DNA from: Octopus sinensis
Taxonomy: Eukaryota
DNA length: 64,000 nt
Assembly: GCF_006345805.1 (NCBI RefSeq)
Contig: NC_043006.1
Coordinates: 16,430,001 to 16,494,000, forward strand
Direction: 5' to 3'
Positions 1 to 12,050 of this stretch are shown piece after piece; the stretch's first letter is position 1; each line of letters begins with the position of its first letter. Below the pieces are notes generated by a model. It was not told the origin of the DNA. It made no database searches and saw only the letters and a program-made list of their open reading frames with translations. A program made the translations under genes and the position numbers.

Positions 1-235
1 GTGTGTCAGTGGTGTCACACTTTTTCAACTTTACTCCTAGGGCCCGTAGCCCAACATATCACACCATTTTGGAATCAGGCTGGCTCCATGAGTAAATTAA
101 AAACATTCTAGGCCAAATCCAAACCCACAATCCTGAAATTTTGGATTCCCGAGTTTTTATTACTGTGATTATTTTTGGCAATTTTTTTTTTTTCTTTTTA
201 CATGACATTTTGCGACAATTTTTCTTGTACAATAA

Positions 236-470
236 CATCATCATCATCATCGTTTAACGTCCGCTTTCCATGCTAGCATGGGTTGGACGGTTCAACTGGG
301 GTCTGGCAAGCTCGAAGGCTGCACCAGGCCAGTCAGATCTGGCAGTGTTTCTACAGCTAGATGCCCTTCCTAATGCCAACCACTCCGAGAGTGTAGTGGG
401 TGATTTTATGTGCCACCGACACAGGTGCCAGGCGAGGCTGGCAGACGCCCATGCTCGGATGGTGTTTTTA
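236..470 (-). mobile_element. SINE-A copy (GGAAGGGCATCC motif, CCATGCTAGCATGG palindrome, (GAT)n tail)
   Basis: Matches ~15 other copies in the window; (CAT)n tail at the left end; no tRNA head visible. Confidence 0.85.
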
Positions 471-1182
471 TCCGAGCGTGGCAAAAAAAAAAAAAAAAAA
501 AAACAATTTTTATAATCTAAAGGCTAACTCTGTGAATTAATCAAAAACATTCTGGGCCAAATCTGGACCTGCAATTGTGAAATTTGAGATTTCTTTGTTT
601 TCATTACTGCAATTGTTTTCAGGGAATTTATTTTTTTTTTTTGGTGACAAATATGATCAATCCTGCCAAAACTAAGCTCGCTTGTGCCACATAAAAAGCA
701 TTGAGTCCTCTCTGTGAAGTGGTTGATTTTAAGAAAAGCATCCAGCCATAAAATCCCTGCCAAAACAGACACAGTAGCCTAGGGTAGTTTTTCTACCTGG
801 CCAGCTCCTGTGAATCTTCCTACTCGTGCATGCATGGAGGATGGACATTTGACAATGATGATATACACACATACACCATACACTTGTCAATTATGCAAGA
901 ATGCTAACACATCTATATCGTATTTAGATTGGATTTCATTTCACCATGTTTGTGATCAATAATATCATGTAGGGGAATAAGTACAGTCATTGTAATTGAT
1001 TCAATACCTACACTGCATATATTATGAAGCTATACTTACAACACATCCATGCAAGTAAGGGAATTCTAAAAATTTATATTAAAGTTTCATACCTCCTGTA
1101 TTGATCCTTTTTGGCTTCTTTGAAAAGTTGTTTGTGTTCAATAAAAATAATCAGTTTTGCTTCCTTTGTATATATACATTTT

Positions 1183-1598
1183 AAGGCGGCGAACTGGCAG
1201 AAACATTAGCACGCCAGGTGAAATGCGTAGCCGTATTTCGTCTGCCGTTATGTTCTGAGTTCAAATTCCGCCGAGGTCGACTTTGCCTTTCATTCTTTCG
1301 GGGTCGATAAATTAAGTACCAGTTACGCACTGGGGTCGATATAATCGACTTAATCCCTTTGTCTGTCCTTGTTTGTCCCCTCTATGTTTAGCCCCTTGTG
1401 GGCAGTAAAGAAATAGGTATTTCGTCTGCCTTTACGTTCTGAGTTCAAATTCCGCCGAGGTCGACTTTGCCTTTCATCCTTTCGGGGTCGATTAAATAAG
1501 TATCAGTTACGCACTGGGGTCGATATAATCGACTTAATCCCTTTGTCTGTCCTTGTTTGTCCCCTCTATGTTTAGCCCCTTGTGGGCAGTAAAGAAAT
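1183..1598 (+). mobile_element. SINE-B head-to-tail dimer (full copy plus headless copy)
   Basis: tRNA-like head with B-box GTTCAAATTCC; second unit starts at 1416; 14-bp TSD TATATATACATTTT at 1169-1182 and 1598-1611. Confidence 0.9.
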
Positions 1599-1634
1599 AT
1601 ATATACATTTTTTTAATCTGTTAACTTTGGCAAT

Positions 1635-2028
1635 TCCTTCAACCCCTTTACTATATTTCTGTTGAAATGCACTGCTTTTGTTTCAATTCTCTTTCTAAGT
1701 AATGAAGAATTTAATAAAATAACTTTGTCATGTTTGAGCTGGTATTTGGAACATATATTAGCACCAAACATTGATGGAAGAATTTTAATTTAAATCAATT
1801 TAACCCTTTTGTTATTATATTTCTGCTGAAATACACTGCTTTTGTTTCGCTTAATTTTTGAATAATGAAGAATTTAGCAAAATAACTTTTGTCGTTATTA
1901 AGCTGATGATTGGAACGTAACTTAGCATGAAATTTTAAAGAAGGGTTTTAATTTAAATCCCTTAAAACCAAAGGATTGTGTTACAGAGTTAGGGACAGTC
2001 TCAGTTCAGTTTCTCCCATAAAGGTTAA
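1635..2028. mobile_element. TTAA-flanked MITE-like repeat (family 2), one partial and one near-complete copy in tandem
   Basis: Copy at ~1800-2028 begins TTAACCCTTTT and ends AAGGTTAA; related decayed copies at ~6135, ~29810, ~41600 and ~60370. Confidence 0.6.
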
Positions 2029-2070
2029 ACTGTCTCACTAGTAACATCCAGTTTTTTATTTTTATTATTT

Positions 2071-2378
2071 ATGCTCCCTTTTCAAGCCTAGCCAGGCTCA
2101 TGGGCCCGGTTTCCCGGTTTCTGTGGCGTATGTGTCCCCCCCCCCAGCTGGATGGGATGCCAGTACATTGCAGTGTTACCCAAGAAAAAGGAAGAAAGAG
2201 CGACAGAAAGTCGGGGCGAAAGAGTACAACAGGGGTCGCCACCACACCCTGCCGGAGCCTCGTGGAGCTTTAGGTGTTTTCGCTCGATAAACACACACAA
2301 CGCCCAGTCTGGGAATTGAAACCACTATCCTATGGCTGCGAGTCTGCTGCCCTAACCACTAGGCCATTGTGCCTCCAC
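2071..2378 (-). mobile_element. SINE-D copy (tRNA-derived head)
   Basis: Head homologous to 19721 and 42457; 8-bp TSD AACATCCA at 2043-2050 and 2379-2386. Confidence 0.85.
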
Positions 2379-2926
2379 AACATCCAATAGATTTTGTTTA
2401 TAGTTGCTGGTATGGTAACTATATATGTTTGCTTTTTGACCATGTGGTTTTGAGGTTCAGTCCCATTGTGTGGGTACCTTGTACAAATGACTTCTTTTAA
2501 AGCCATGAGTAACCAAAGTCTTGTGGGTGAATTTGGTAGATGGAAATTGAAAGAAGCCCTTTAAGAGTGTGTGCATTGATGTGTTTGTGTGTTTCAGGAT
2601 CTTGAGATTGCATACATATCCAATTTTCTATGTAAACATTTTACCACAGGGAAAAATTAGGTTTGTGACAGGATGAGCATCCTTCAGTAGAAAATCGGTC
2701 TCAACAAATTCTATCTGACCCATGTAAGCTTGAAATAAATGGACATTAAAATAATTATGGTGTTTAGTAAAACACCAGGATCTAACGAAATTATCGATAC
2801 TCTGTATAAAACAAATAAATCAAACAATGAAATATGTTTTATGCTGTAAGGAAGAAAAGTATTAACATTTCAGACCATTGCCCTCTCTTTCTCTTCTTCT
2901 ATTCTCACTTACCACACACACACATA

Positions 2927-2978
<52 letters not shown>

Positions 2979-3003
2979 AACCTTTTATCGTTAATTATCG
3001 TTT

Positions 3004-3178
3004 GCACGCCGGGCGAAATGCGTAGCCGTATTTCGTCTGTCGTTACGTTGTAAATTCAAATTCCGCCGAGGTCGACTCTGCCTTTCATCCTTTCTGGGTC
3101 GATAAATTAGGTACCAGTTACGCACTGTCTATCCTTGTTTGTCCCCTCTATGTTTAGCCCCTTGTGGGTAATAAAGAG
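3004..3178 (+). mobile_element. SINE-B partial copy
   Basis: Homologous to 1183-1415, 5'-truncated with an internal deletion. Confidence 0.8.
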
Positions 3179-3323
3179 ACACGTTAATTAATAAATCTAA
3201 GGGTAGCAAAAATTTTTTTAGAAAAGTTCTTTGTTACCAGTGGTCTAGCGAGAAGGAAAAATTAGTCAATAGACTATATATTATTCATAGAAATAATATA
3301 CACTGTATTTTTATATATATATA

Positions 3324-3524
3324 AATGCACGGACTTTTTCAGTGAACAGGTCGCGGATTTTAGCGACGAAAATATTTTGACAAATTAAACTTAAATGTTG
3401 AAGTGAATCGAACGGCTTTTGTGTGTTTCTTAAATGGCTTATAAACACCTTCCACGCTGCAATTGTTTTCGTTTCAGCACACGATCTCAGATCAAATTAC
3501 TTGCTATGCGAGTACATCTCCGTA
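3324..3524 (+). mobile_element. ~200-bp hammerhead-bearing repeat (Penelope pseudo-LTR or retrozyme-like), copy 1
   Basis: Near-identical copy at 14036-14235; flanked by (TA)n on both sides; contains a hammerhead-like fold at 3335-3384. Confidence 0.65.
3335..3384 (+). ncRNA. Putative type I hammerhead ribozyme, G3-C8 variant core
   Basis: Stem I TTTTTCA/TGACAAA (1 mismatch); core GTGAACA plus an extra G; stem II GTCGC/GCGAC; GAAA; palindromic AAAATATTTT stem III; UUU cleavage triplet. Confidence 0.55.
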
Positions 3525-3544
3525 ATATATATATATATATATAT

Positions 3545-3935
3545 TTTTTTTTTTACTTGTTTCAGTCATTTGACTGCGGCCATGCTGGAGCACCGCCTTT
3601 AGTCGAGCAAATTGACCCCAGGACTTATTCTTTGTAAGCCCAGTACTTATTCTATCGGTCTCTTTTGCTGAACCGCTAAGTGACGGGGACGTAAACACAC
3701 CAGCATCGGTTGTCAAGCGATGTTTAGTGGGGGGACAAACACAGACACACAAACATACATATACATATATACGACAGGCTTCTTTCAGTTTCCGTCTACC
3801 AAATCCACTCACAAGGCATTGGTCGGCCCAGGGCTATAGCAGAAGACACTTGCCCAAGATGCCACGCAGTGGGACTGAACCCGGAACCATGTGGTTGGTT
3901 AGCAAGCTACTTACCACACAGCCACTCCTGCGCCT
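3545..3935 (-). mobile_element. SINE-C full-length (tRNA head, CORE-like CTTGGGCAAGTG, internal microsatellite, (GAGTAAAA)n-type tail)
   Basis: Matches 47948, 48795 and 53513 copies. Confidence 0.9.
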
Positions 3936-4608
3936 ATATATATATATTCGAACTAATGCTATGGTTGCTTTGCCAATTAAACATCTGGTAGCTATTGAGA
4001 GAAAGAAAAAAAAATTGGGGGTTGGCCCCTCAATTTGTTGAATATGTGATATATTTGATTATTTTGGCTACCTTCCAACATAGTTTTACCGTATTACAGA
4101 TTTACAGGCTGATAAAAGATAATTATATTTGAACCCTTCACCTTATTTTACCTTGCTGTTGACATTGTTGGAATGTAAAATGGTGGAGTTATTTATTCAT
4201 TAGCATCCTGGCCCATTCTTGTATAATATATATCTCTGTGTGTAAATGTATGTATGTGTGTATATATATATATAATGTATATCCGTATGTATGTATATTT
4301 GAAAGTTAGTAAGTAGGTTGTGAGCAGGTTTTGAGTTTTATTTCTTCAAGTATTCTATTACATTATGAATGATGTTGGTAAGATTTAGGATCCTTTTAGC
4401 CCCTTTTCAAAACTTTTACTCGTTTCAGTTATTAGACTGAAGCCATGCTGGAGTTGAACAAATCAACCCCAGTACTTATTGTATTCAAAATGGCCAGGTG
4501 TGACCTCCTACGGCAATCCTACAAAATAATTTCTGAAAATTAAGTTATCTTATCTCAATGAAATCTTAAGGCTGCTAGATCATGCAAGATTAATTCAAAA
4601 CGTATTAA

Positions 4609-4822
4609 CCTTTTTGTTACCATATTTATTTTGAGATGCTCTGTGTTTCTTTCAATTACTTTAAATATAACAAGGAATTTAGTAAAATAACTTAGTTATC
4701 ATTAAGCTAGTGTTAGGAACATAAATTGTGACTAAGGTTTGGTGGAAGATTTTAATTCAAAATTTATAAAAACAAGACATTTGTACTCAGAGCTGGTTTC
4801 AGCCGGGTTGGTAACAAAAGGG
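4609..4822. mobile_element. TTAA-flanked MITE (piggyBac-like termini), family 1
   Basis: TTAA at 4605-4608 and 4823-4826; ~14-bp TIRs CC(C/T)TTTTGTTACCA; homologous to 33099 and 63365. Confidence 0.8.
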
Positions 4823-6471
4823 TTAATAAATAAGCATTACATTGGATAGAATAATGTGAATGCTAAAGAGTTAATAAATAACTTGTTTCTAGAATGGAAC
4901 AGGAGTGTAGTCATCAAATACTATTGACAGGATCAATCAACTGAATTAACCCAAGCACTTGACTGATATTCCTTTTATTGACCCCAGAAACATACAAAGC
5001 ACAAGTGACTTCAGTAGGTTTTAAATTCAGAAAATAAAAAGATGAAACTAGATGCCACATAATATTCTGTTTGTTGCTCTCTAAGGGTTATGAAAATGGG
5101 AATCCCTCCTCATTGTACTGAAATGATTTATAAACTGTATTAGGAATTGTTATAGAAAATATTACAAGGAACAAACATTTAAAAAAAAGTGTTCCTTTCT
5201 CAAGAAATGGTTAAATAATGGTTGAATAAGGGTCTAGCAACCTCTTTTCATAAAAAGAAAATTGTGCTATCAGATCTTCTCAAGGCCAGACCATGAGTGT
5301 GTAAGCTTGTGTGTAACACAATGGGCGACTTTCAATTCTCTCTAGCAAGTCAATTTACCATGCTTTGATCAGCGTGGGTCTAGAGTAGAAGTCACTTGTC
5401 CAGAGTGCTAAGTAGTAGCACTGAACCTGAAACCATGTGGTTTGGAAGCAAACTTCTTAAACACACAGCCATGTCTGCATCTTCTCTAAGTAAAAGCCTC
5501 TGTGAGAGGAGAATGAATTCACAACTGCCATAATTTTTCTATCTTATAGCCATCTCTAGTTTGTGTCATATTCTCTTCCAGTATTTCATTTGACAGATTC
5601 GGTAGAGCAACAAAATGCTTTGTGGTATCTAGTTTCATCTCTTTATATTCGGAATTTAAAACCTACTGAAGTCACATGTGCCTCATAATGCATCAGGGGT
5701 CAATAAAAGGAATCTCAGTCTAGTGCTGGGGTCAATTCAATTGATTGATCCTGCCAGTAATGTTTGATAGATCCACTGTTACAAAGCTCATGGCTAACTA
5801 CAATACTTTACATTTAATTTTATCATATACACATACACATGTGTATGTATGTATGTATGTGTGTGTATATCTATGTGTTTGTGTGTATATGTAATTATGC
5901 ACACACATTATATAAACACTTAATAGCTAACAGAGAGCTTTTCAAGTTTAAGAGTGGCTATATGAGAATGATTAATGAGAGGAGTAAGTATAGGAAAGTA
6001 TTGATTCACATATAGATAGAGTTCTCTGTGGTGGTGGTGGTGGTTGTTTAGCCTTGGGTAAGCCTTCACTTAGTCAAATGATCAAAGACATTCAAACCAT
6101 GACAATCCCCATTGATTTAAGGATATGTTTATTAATGCTTTAATATATTTCTATTGAAATGCGCTGCATTTGTTTCAATTGATTTTAGAAATAATTTCAT
6201 GTTTATTAAGATGGTATTTGGAACGTATATTTACCTGAAATTTTGATAGAAGGTTTAATTTAGATCACTTCAAAGCAAGAAGTTTGTATCATAGAACCAG
6301 TAGCAGTCTCACTCTGATTGGTCTTGAAAGGATCAAAGAATCGGAAAATATCAACCAAATCTTTTTTTAATTTTATAAAATCCCACTGGATTTCAAAAAT
6401 CTTAATATACACTTGTCCATTTTCTCTTCATTATCATCATCAATTAATATAAGAAAAATCCAATAATACAG

Positions 6472-6697
6472 CACTTTTTGCTACACCAAATGTAGCGAAA
6501 AGTGCTTTACAGTGGAAACCAGATGGATATAGAAGGAGAGGTAGGCCTAAGAACTCGTGGCGTAGATCAACACAAAAGGAACTAGAGAAAGGTGGACATT
6601 CATGGCAGAGTATAAGTACAGAAGCGAAAAATTATGCGACATGGAATTCAACTATAAGTGGCTTATACTCCACATTGGAGGGTTAAAGGCAGGAAGG
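6472..6697 (+). pseudogene. RTE-clade LINE ORF2 C-terminal fragment, 5'-truncated
   Basis: Translates AKSALQWKPDGYRRRGRPKNSWRRSTQKELEKGGHSWQSISTEAKNYATWNSTISGL, a typical RTE C-terminus (W.P.G.R.RGRP..W). Confidence 0.8.
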
Positions 6698-7221
6698 AAA
6701 ATCCCACTGGATTTCAAAATTCTTAATATACACTCATCCATTTTCTCTTCATTATCATCATCCATTAATATAAGAAAAATCCAATAATACAGAATTTGTT
6801 TTAACTTGCAAATTCAAAGATTCCTTTTTGTTTTATCATTTTAATGCCTGCTTTTTCATGCTTGCATGGATCAGACAAAATTTACTGAGCTAGATTTTCA
6901 ACTGTCACATGGCCTTTCTGTTGCCAACCATCACCACTCTCCAAGCAAAATATTATTTTCTCATAATTTTGCAGAATATCACAAATGAATGACACTTCTT
7001 GTGTAACAGTGACAACCATTTACAACTATCTTCCAATTCAAAACAAGGAGTCACGCACACACATGCACATATACGATGGGCTTCTTTCAGTTTCCAGCAG
7101 CCAAATCCACTCACAAGGCTTTGGTTGATCCAGAGCACTAGTAGAAAACACTTGCTTAGGTTCCACGCCATATGATTACAAATTCATATGGAATTTTGAT
7201 GGTAGGTTTTAATTTTTTTTT

Positions 7222-7474
7222 TCTTTCGCCCTTTTTAAAGCCTAGCTAGGCTCATGGGCCGGGTTTCCCCGGTTTCTATGGCATATGTGTTCCCCAGCTG
7301 GATGGGATGCCTGTCCATCGCAGCGTTACTCATTTTTGCCAGCTGAGTGGACTGGACCAACGTGAAATGACATGTTTTGCTCAAGAACACAACGCGTCGC
7401 CCGGTTCAGGAATCGAAACCACAATCTTACGATCATGATGCTGACACCCTAACCACTAAACCACGCATCTCCAC
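7222..7474 (-). mobile_element. SINE-D-related copy inserted in a MITE remnant
   Basis: 12-bp TSD AGGTTTTAATTT at 7204-7215 and 7475-7486; tail shared with 2071. Confidence 0.85.
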
Positions 7475-8885
7475 AGGTTTTAATTTACATCATTTTAAAA
7501 TATGAAGTTCGTTTCTTAGAGCTAGAAGCTGTCTTGGATGAGTTTGGTGTGAAAAAGAGTTAATTTGTCTCTTATTTGTTGGTTGAAACCAATAAAAGAG
7601 CAAATGAGCAGCTGTTTTTTTTTTGTTTCATTTTTCTTTTCTTTTTTGTGTTTCATGTCATAAACCGTCACTCAGTTATTATTTAATTAGGAAATGATTA
7701 CTGAAATCTAACTTCTATTTCACTGTTAGTCTGTCATTTAAACATTTTTATGAGCTGATGATTCACTAATGATAATCAGCCAGTCATTAATGGCTAATTG
7801 CAGAAGAGGTGGCTAGCTAATCATTAGCTTATTGTAATATGAAGTAGAATTAATAATACTCTTGCTTTTGCTTCTGTTATTTTTGATATTTAATCCCAAG
7901 TTTGCTCTGACCAAGCAGACCTGTATGGCCAGTGATGTTCCATCCTTGACAATCCTGCCTCTTTTGATATTCCAGATTACATTAGTTGCACAGCCCTTGC
8001 CCACCCCACAAAAAGTGTTATCTGAGGGAGAATTGGGTTTCTATCAGGTTAAGCAACTTGCTTAGAGAATTCTCTCATAGGCTCAGGCGGATTGCTATGA
8101 TGACTGATTACATTATATTTTCTTCCAGTGATGATGGTTTTTGTTCTTCATTCATTCTTCAATTCTTCTTTAGATTTTATTTCCATTCTGTACTCTTGTA
8201 TTATATTGGTCTGTCCTTGAGAGAATCTGATAGTACATTAGTTTTTGTTTTTTTGTTTTTTTATGAAAAGAGGTTGTTAGACCCTTATTCAACCATTGTT
8301 TAACCCTTCTTTCATTTCTGGAGAAAGGGATACTTTTTCTTTTTTAACGTTTCTTCCTTGTAATATTTTCTGTAACGATTACTAATACAGTTTATAAATC
8401 ATTTCAGTACAATGAGGAGGGCTTCCCACTTCCATATCCCTTATCACAGCACAACATTAATCAATTCAGATATAGAGAAAAAAAAGCTATCCCCAACACT
8501 TGATTTGTCTTTCAACAGAAATTTGGCAAAAAGAAAAAAAAACGTAAAAAATAGGATGGTTTTAAAAGTATTAATGTCAATATAATTTGAAATGAAAATG
8601 TCCCACAATCATTGTCCCTTCCAAGCTGCACTTGAGGGTTGCTACACAATTACCGTATCAGTGTTGCACACATCAAAATGTCACAGCTTATTTTAATTCA
8701 CAAACGTGTCCTTCGCAAGCTGCATTATAAGTTTCAATATCACATACTTGTTTCAAGTTGAAAATACTTTTTGCTCAATACATCAAAAATTAGAGGGTGC
8801 ATCACCTATAGTCCTATAGTCCGCAAAGGGATTTTGACTGGCACATGAGAACTGATGCCCTATAAGTTGCTTATTTAAAATTTAA

Positions 8886-9260
8886 GGTGCCGAGAGCACC
8901 ATCCAAGCGTGATCATCGCCAGAGCAGCCAACTGGCTTCCGTGCCGGTGGCATGTAAATGGGCACTATTTAAGCGTGATCGTTACCAACATTGCCTTACT
9001 GGCACCTGTGCTGGTGGCATGTGTAAAAAGATTTGAGCGAGGTCATTGCCAGTACCGCCTGACTGGTCCCCATGCCGGTGGTACGTAAAAAGCACCCACT
9101 ACACTCTCGGAGTGGTTGGCGTTAGGAAGGGCATCCAGCTGTAGAAACTGCCAAATCAAGATTGGAGCCTGGTGCAGCCATCTGGTTCGCCAGCCCTCAG
9201 TCAAAATCGTCCGACCCATGCTAGCATGGAAAGCGGACAGTAAACGATGATGATGATGAT
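8886..9260 (+). mobile_element. SINE-A copy with several 5' tandem units
   Basis: Repeated GTGCCGGTGGCAC-like units, then the GGAAGGGCATCC motif and (GAT)n tail. Confidence 0.85.
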
Positions 9261-9624
9261 TGTAGTATGAGAGACGAGACTTTCGAATACAATAAAAGGT
9301 CTGCTGTTACATCCTTCCACAAATCTTCTGATTCACTCTACCTAATGTCCCCCACCAACCAGATGTGAACACTTTGACAGCAAAAGCACTATTAAAAATT
9401 CGTGGCATATGCAGGGCTCCACACAATATTTCTGCTCACACAACACAAAAGTAACAATACAATTCTGAAACATTTCTACCCAATCACCACCACTCCCACA
9501 TTAAAAAAATGAAACAAAATCTAAGAGCCGACTTGAGCCTACCAACAGACATAAAAAGACTGCCTCAAAGGGACAATTGTCTCAGTCAGTGTACTACCTT
9601 CACTCTATCAAGGGCGACCCCCAC

Positions 9625-10770
9625 TGTTTCTGATTCGTGAAACAAAAGATGTGGATAGTTCACATTTTCGAGATTCAGATTGGCTTGCAATTTAGGCATT
9701 TATTGTGGATATTGTGACTTATTTAAATGACTTAAATTTACAACTTCACCGTCACTCGCATCTCTTCCTTTCCTCTCTGCTTTCTCTTCTTCATTTCTTT
9801 TCTCCATTCTTAGTGCCAGCTTTGGAATTTTTCTATGGCTGGATGGCCTTTACATATATTTCTTTATTACCCACAAGGGACTAAACATAGAGGGGACAAA
9901 CAAGGACTCAACTTGTAAATGAAATGTATAACCATATTGTTGCCTTTGAAAAAAAAAGCTACAGTTGGGGGAACATCAACTTCGAAATAAAAATTATGCA
10001 CATTTTCCATAATTTTAAGGAAAGAAACCACAGGATTCAGAGGTATTTGTGAATATAATCCAGGATTTGAGAAATAAATTTGCATCATGTTTTGATGACT
10101 TTCGTCTGCATGCAAATCAGGTCAAATTGTTTGTTGTTCCATTTGATGTGACGGTGGAGACAGTATCAGAATGTTTTTAAATGGAATTGATTGATATGCC
10201 AGTGTGATGACCTATTGACATCTAAACTTCACTCTAAAGATGTTTCATTGATTAACTTCTATGCAAAATAAAATTTTCCAAGTGGGAAATATACCAACTA
10301 AGTGAATCTTGCAAAAGAAGATGGCATCTTTGTTTGGAAGCACTTATCAGTGGGGAGCAATTATTTTCCAAATTGAAGCAAATGAAGAACAATTTGAGAA
10401 CAAGTTTAACTGATAACCATCTTGATAATATCTTGCTCTTGGCATCAACAAGTTTGAAGCCTAATATTGAGAAGCTTTCAAAGAACAAAAAACATTGAGT
10501 TTCCCATTAATTTTATGGCTGCTATGTATTTTTAAGATTTTTTTAAACAACTGATTCCAACAGTGTCTTAAATTGAATAAATGGTGTTTTTTCCATTACT
10601 ACTTTCAACTGTAGTTAATACAAATTATTTTTAAGTAATACTCAACACTCATAATTAAATTTTAGCTTGTGTAATTTTCCATAATTATTCTTTTATGGCC
10701 TTCATCCAGCCTTCTATCTGTCATTAACACTCGATCCGGCCTGTGGAGGCAAAGAAGTTGCTGACCCCTG
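9625..10770 (+). pseudogene. hAT (Charlie/SPIN-like) transposase fossil, C-terminal half plus right terminus
   Basis: Disrupted frames read DSDWLA..AFIVDI..LNDLNLQLQ / QLVNEMYNHIVAFEKK / MASLFGSTY..EQLFSKLKQMKNNLRTSLTDNHL; ends CTGACCCCTG followed by GTCTAGAC, which fits the nTCTAGAn Charlie-type target; interrupted at 9749-9906. Confidence 0.85.
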
Positions 10771-11437
10771 GTCTAGACTATTGACTGTGGTGAAACTCAC
10801 AGACACAAACTGTAAAAGGCAAATGAAGTGAAAAAGCCCAGCTAAGAATTGAAACTGTCATAATCTTTACTCAGTATGATCTTTCTACCTTTTAATGATG
10901 CTTTAAGTGTAACCACATTGATTGTATAGAGACTCATCCTCGTTGCTTTGGTTGTAAGTTTAACTCTCAAATGTGTGCTGTGCTGTATTCATTATTGTCG
11001 TAACTACGTCTATTATATGAGGTGTTTAAAAGGACACAAATAATGTCTGTTAAGTTACAACAATGGGAGCAGTCAGATCACCTTAAGGTCACTTTCGAGG
11101 TTTGTATAATATATTTGTGAGCATTCTCTTCAGACCTTTCTACTGGTAGCTCTAGAGTTATTTAATTAAGTAAATTGCAGAAATAGCTTTTGCAAGATAA
11201 TTAGCTTTAAGTTTCAATGAGTTCTTGGATTGTTTGATTCTGACAAAAGTCAGAAAACATTCCTGTGTATGATAACTTTCAATGAAATATGGTTGAAAAA
11301 AAAATTTATCATCCTCCTCATTGTCACCGTCAAACATCTATTTTCCATGCTGACATGGCTGGATGGTTCTACAGAAGGACTGCAACAAGCTCAGTGCCAG
11401 CTTTGGAATTTTTCTATGGCTGGATGGCCTTTACGTA

Positions 11438-11662
11438 TGTTTCTTTATTACCCACAAGGGGCTAAACATAGAGGGGACAAACAAGGATAGACAAAGGGAT
11501 TAATTCGATTATATCGACCCCAGTGCGTAACTGGTACTTAATTTATCAACCCCGAAAGGCAAAGTCGACCTCGGTGGAATTTGAACTCAGAACGTAACGG
11601 CAGACGAAATACGGCTACGCATTTCGCCCGACGCGCTAACGTTTCTGCCAGCTCGCCACCTT
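11438..11662 (-). mobile_element. SINE-B full-length
   Basis: TSD ATGGCCTTTAC(G/A)TA on both sides. Confidence 0.9.
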
Positions 11663-11674
11663 TATGGCCTTTAC

Positions 11675-12050
11675 ATAGTTCACTGGATGCTCTTTTTGCA
11701 GCAACAGCACTAGTGAGTCCACCAAGTAACTCACAAGACAAGCAGTATTGAGAGAGGTGGCCTAATGCTAGATGATGAGCTGTTGAAGTATGATAAAGAG
11801 AGGAACTAGTACCTTGTTATAGTGGCAGCTGGAAAAAGAAAGTTGGTTGTGGTGATGAAGCATTAGAGTGTACCCTTAAGTTAGAGCAGGGTGAATGTAA
11901 GAGGAAAGAGAAGATTGGACAGGATGAATAGCTTGATAAGTTTGAGAGAAGGTGAAAGAACAATGATTGTTGGATAGAGGATAAATGGGATAGAGGTAAA
12001 TATAATGAATGGGGAATAAAGAGGAGTGGTCATTAGTGGCTATCAGTTTG
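11675..12050 (-). mobile_element. Decayed LINE (CR1/L2-like) 3' region
   Basis: CT-rich minus strand ending in a sequence that resembles the SINE-A 5' unit (GTGAGTTACTTGG...AAAAAGAGCATCCAG); no clean reading frame. Confidence 0.35.

Noticed and set aside
10908-10953. Cys-containing candidate exon CNHIDCIETHPRCFG with a GTAAGT donor
   Set aside because: Weak acceptor and no recognisable family.
11080-11140. Minus-strand CTGAAGA...CGAAA with a 5-bp stem I
   Set aside because: Position 17 would be G, there is no stem III and stem II is only 2 bp; probably chance.
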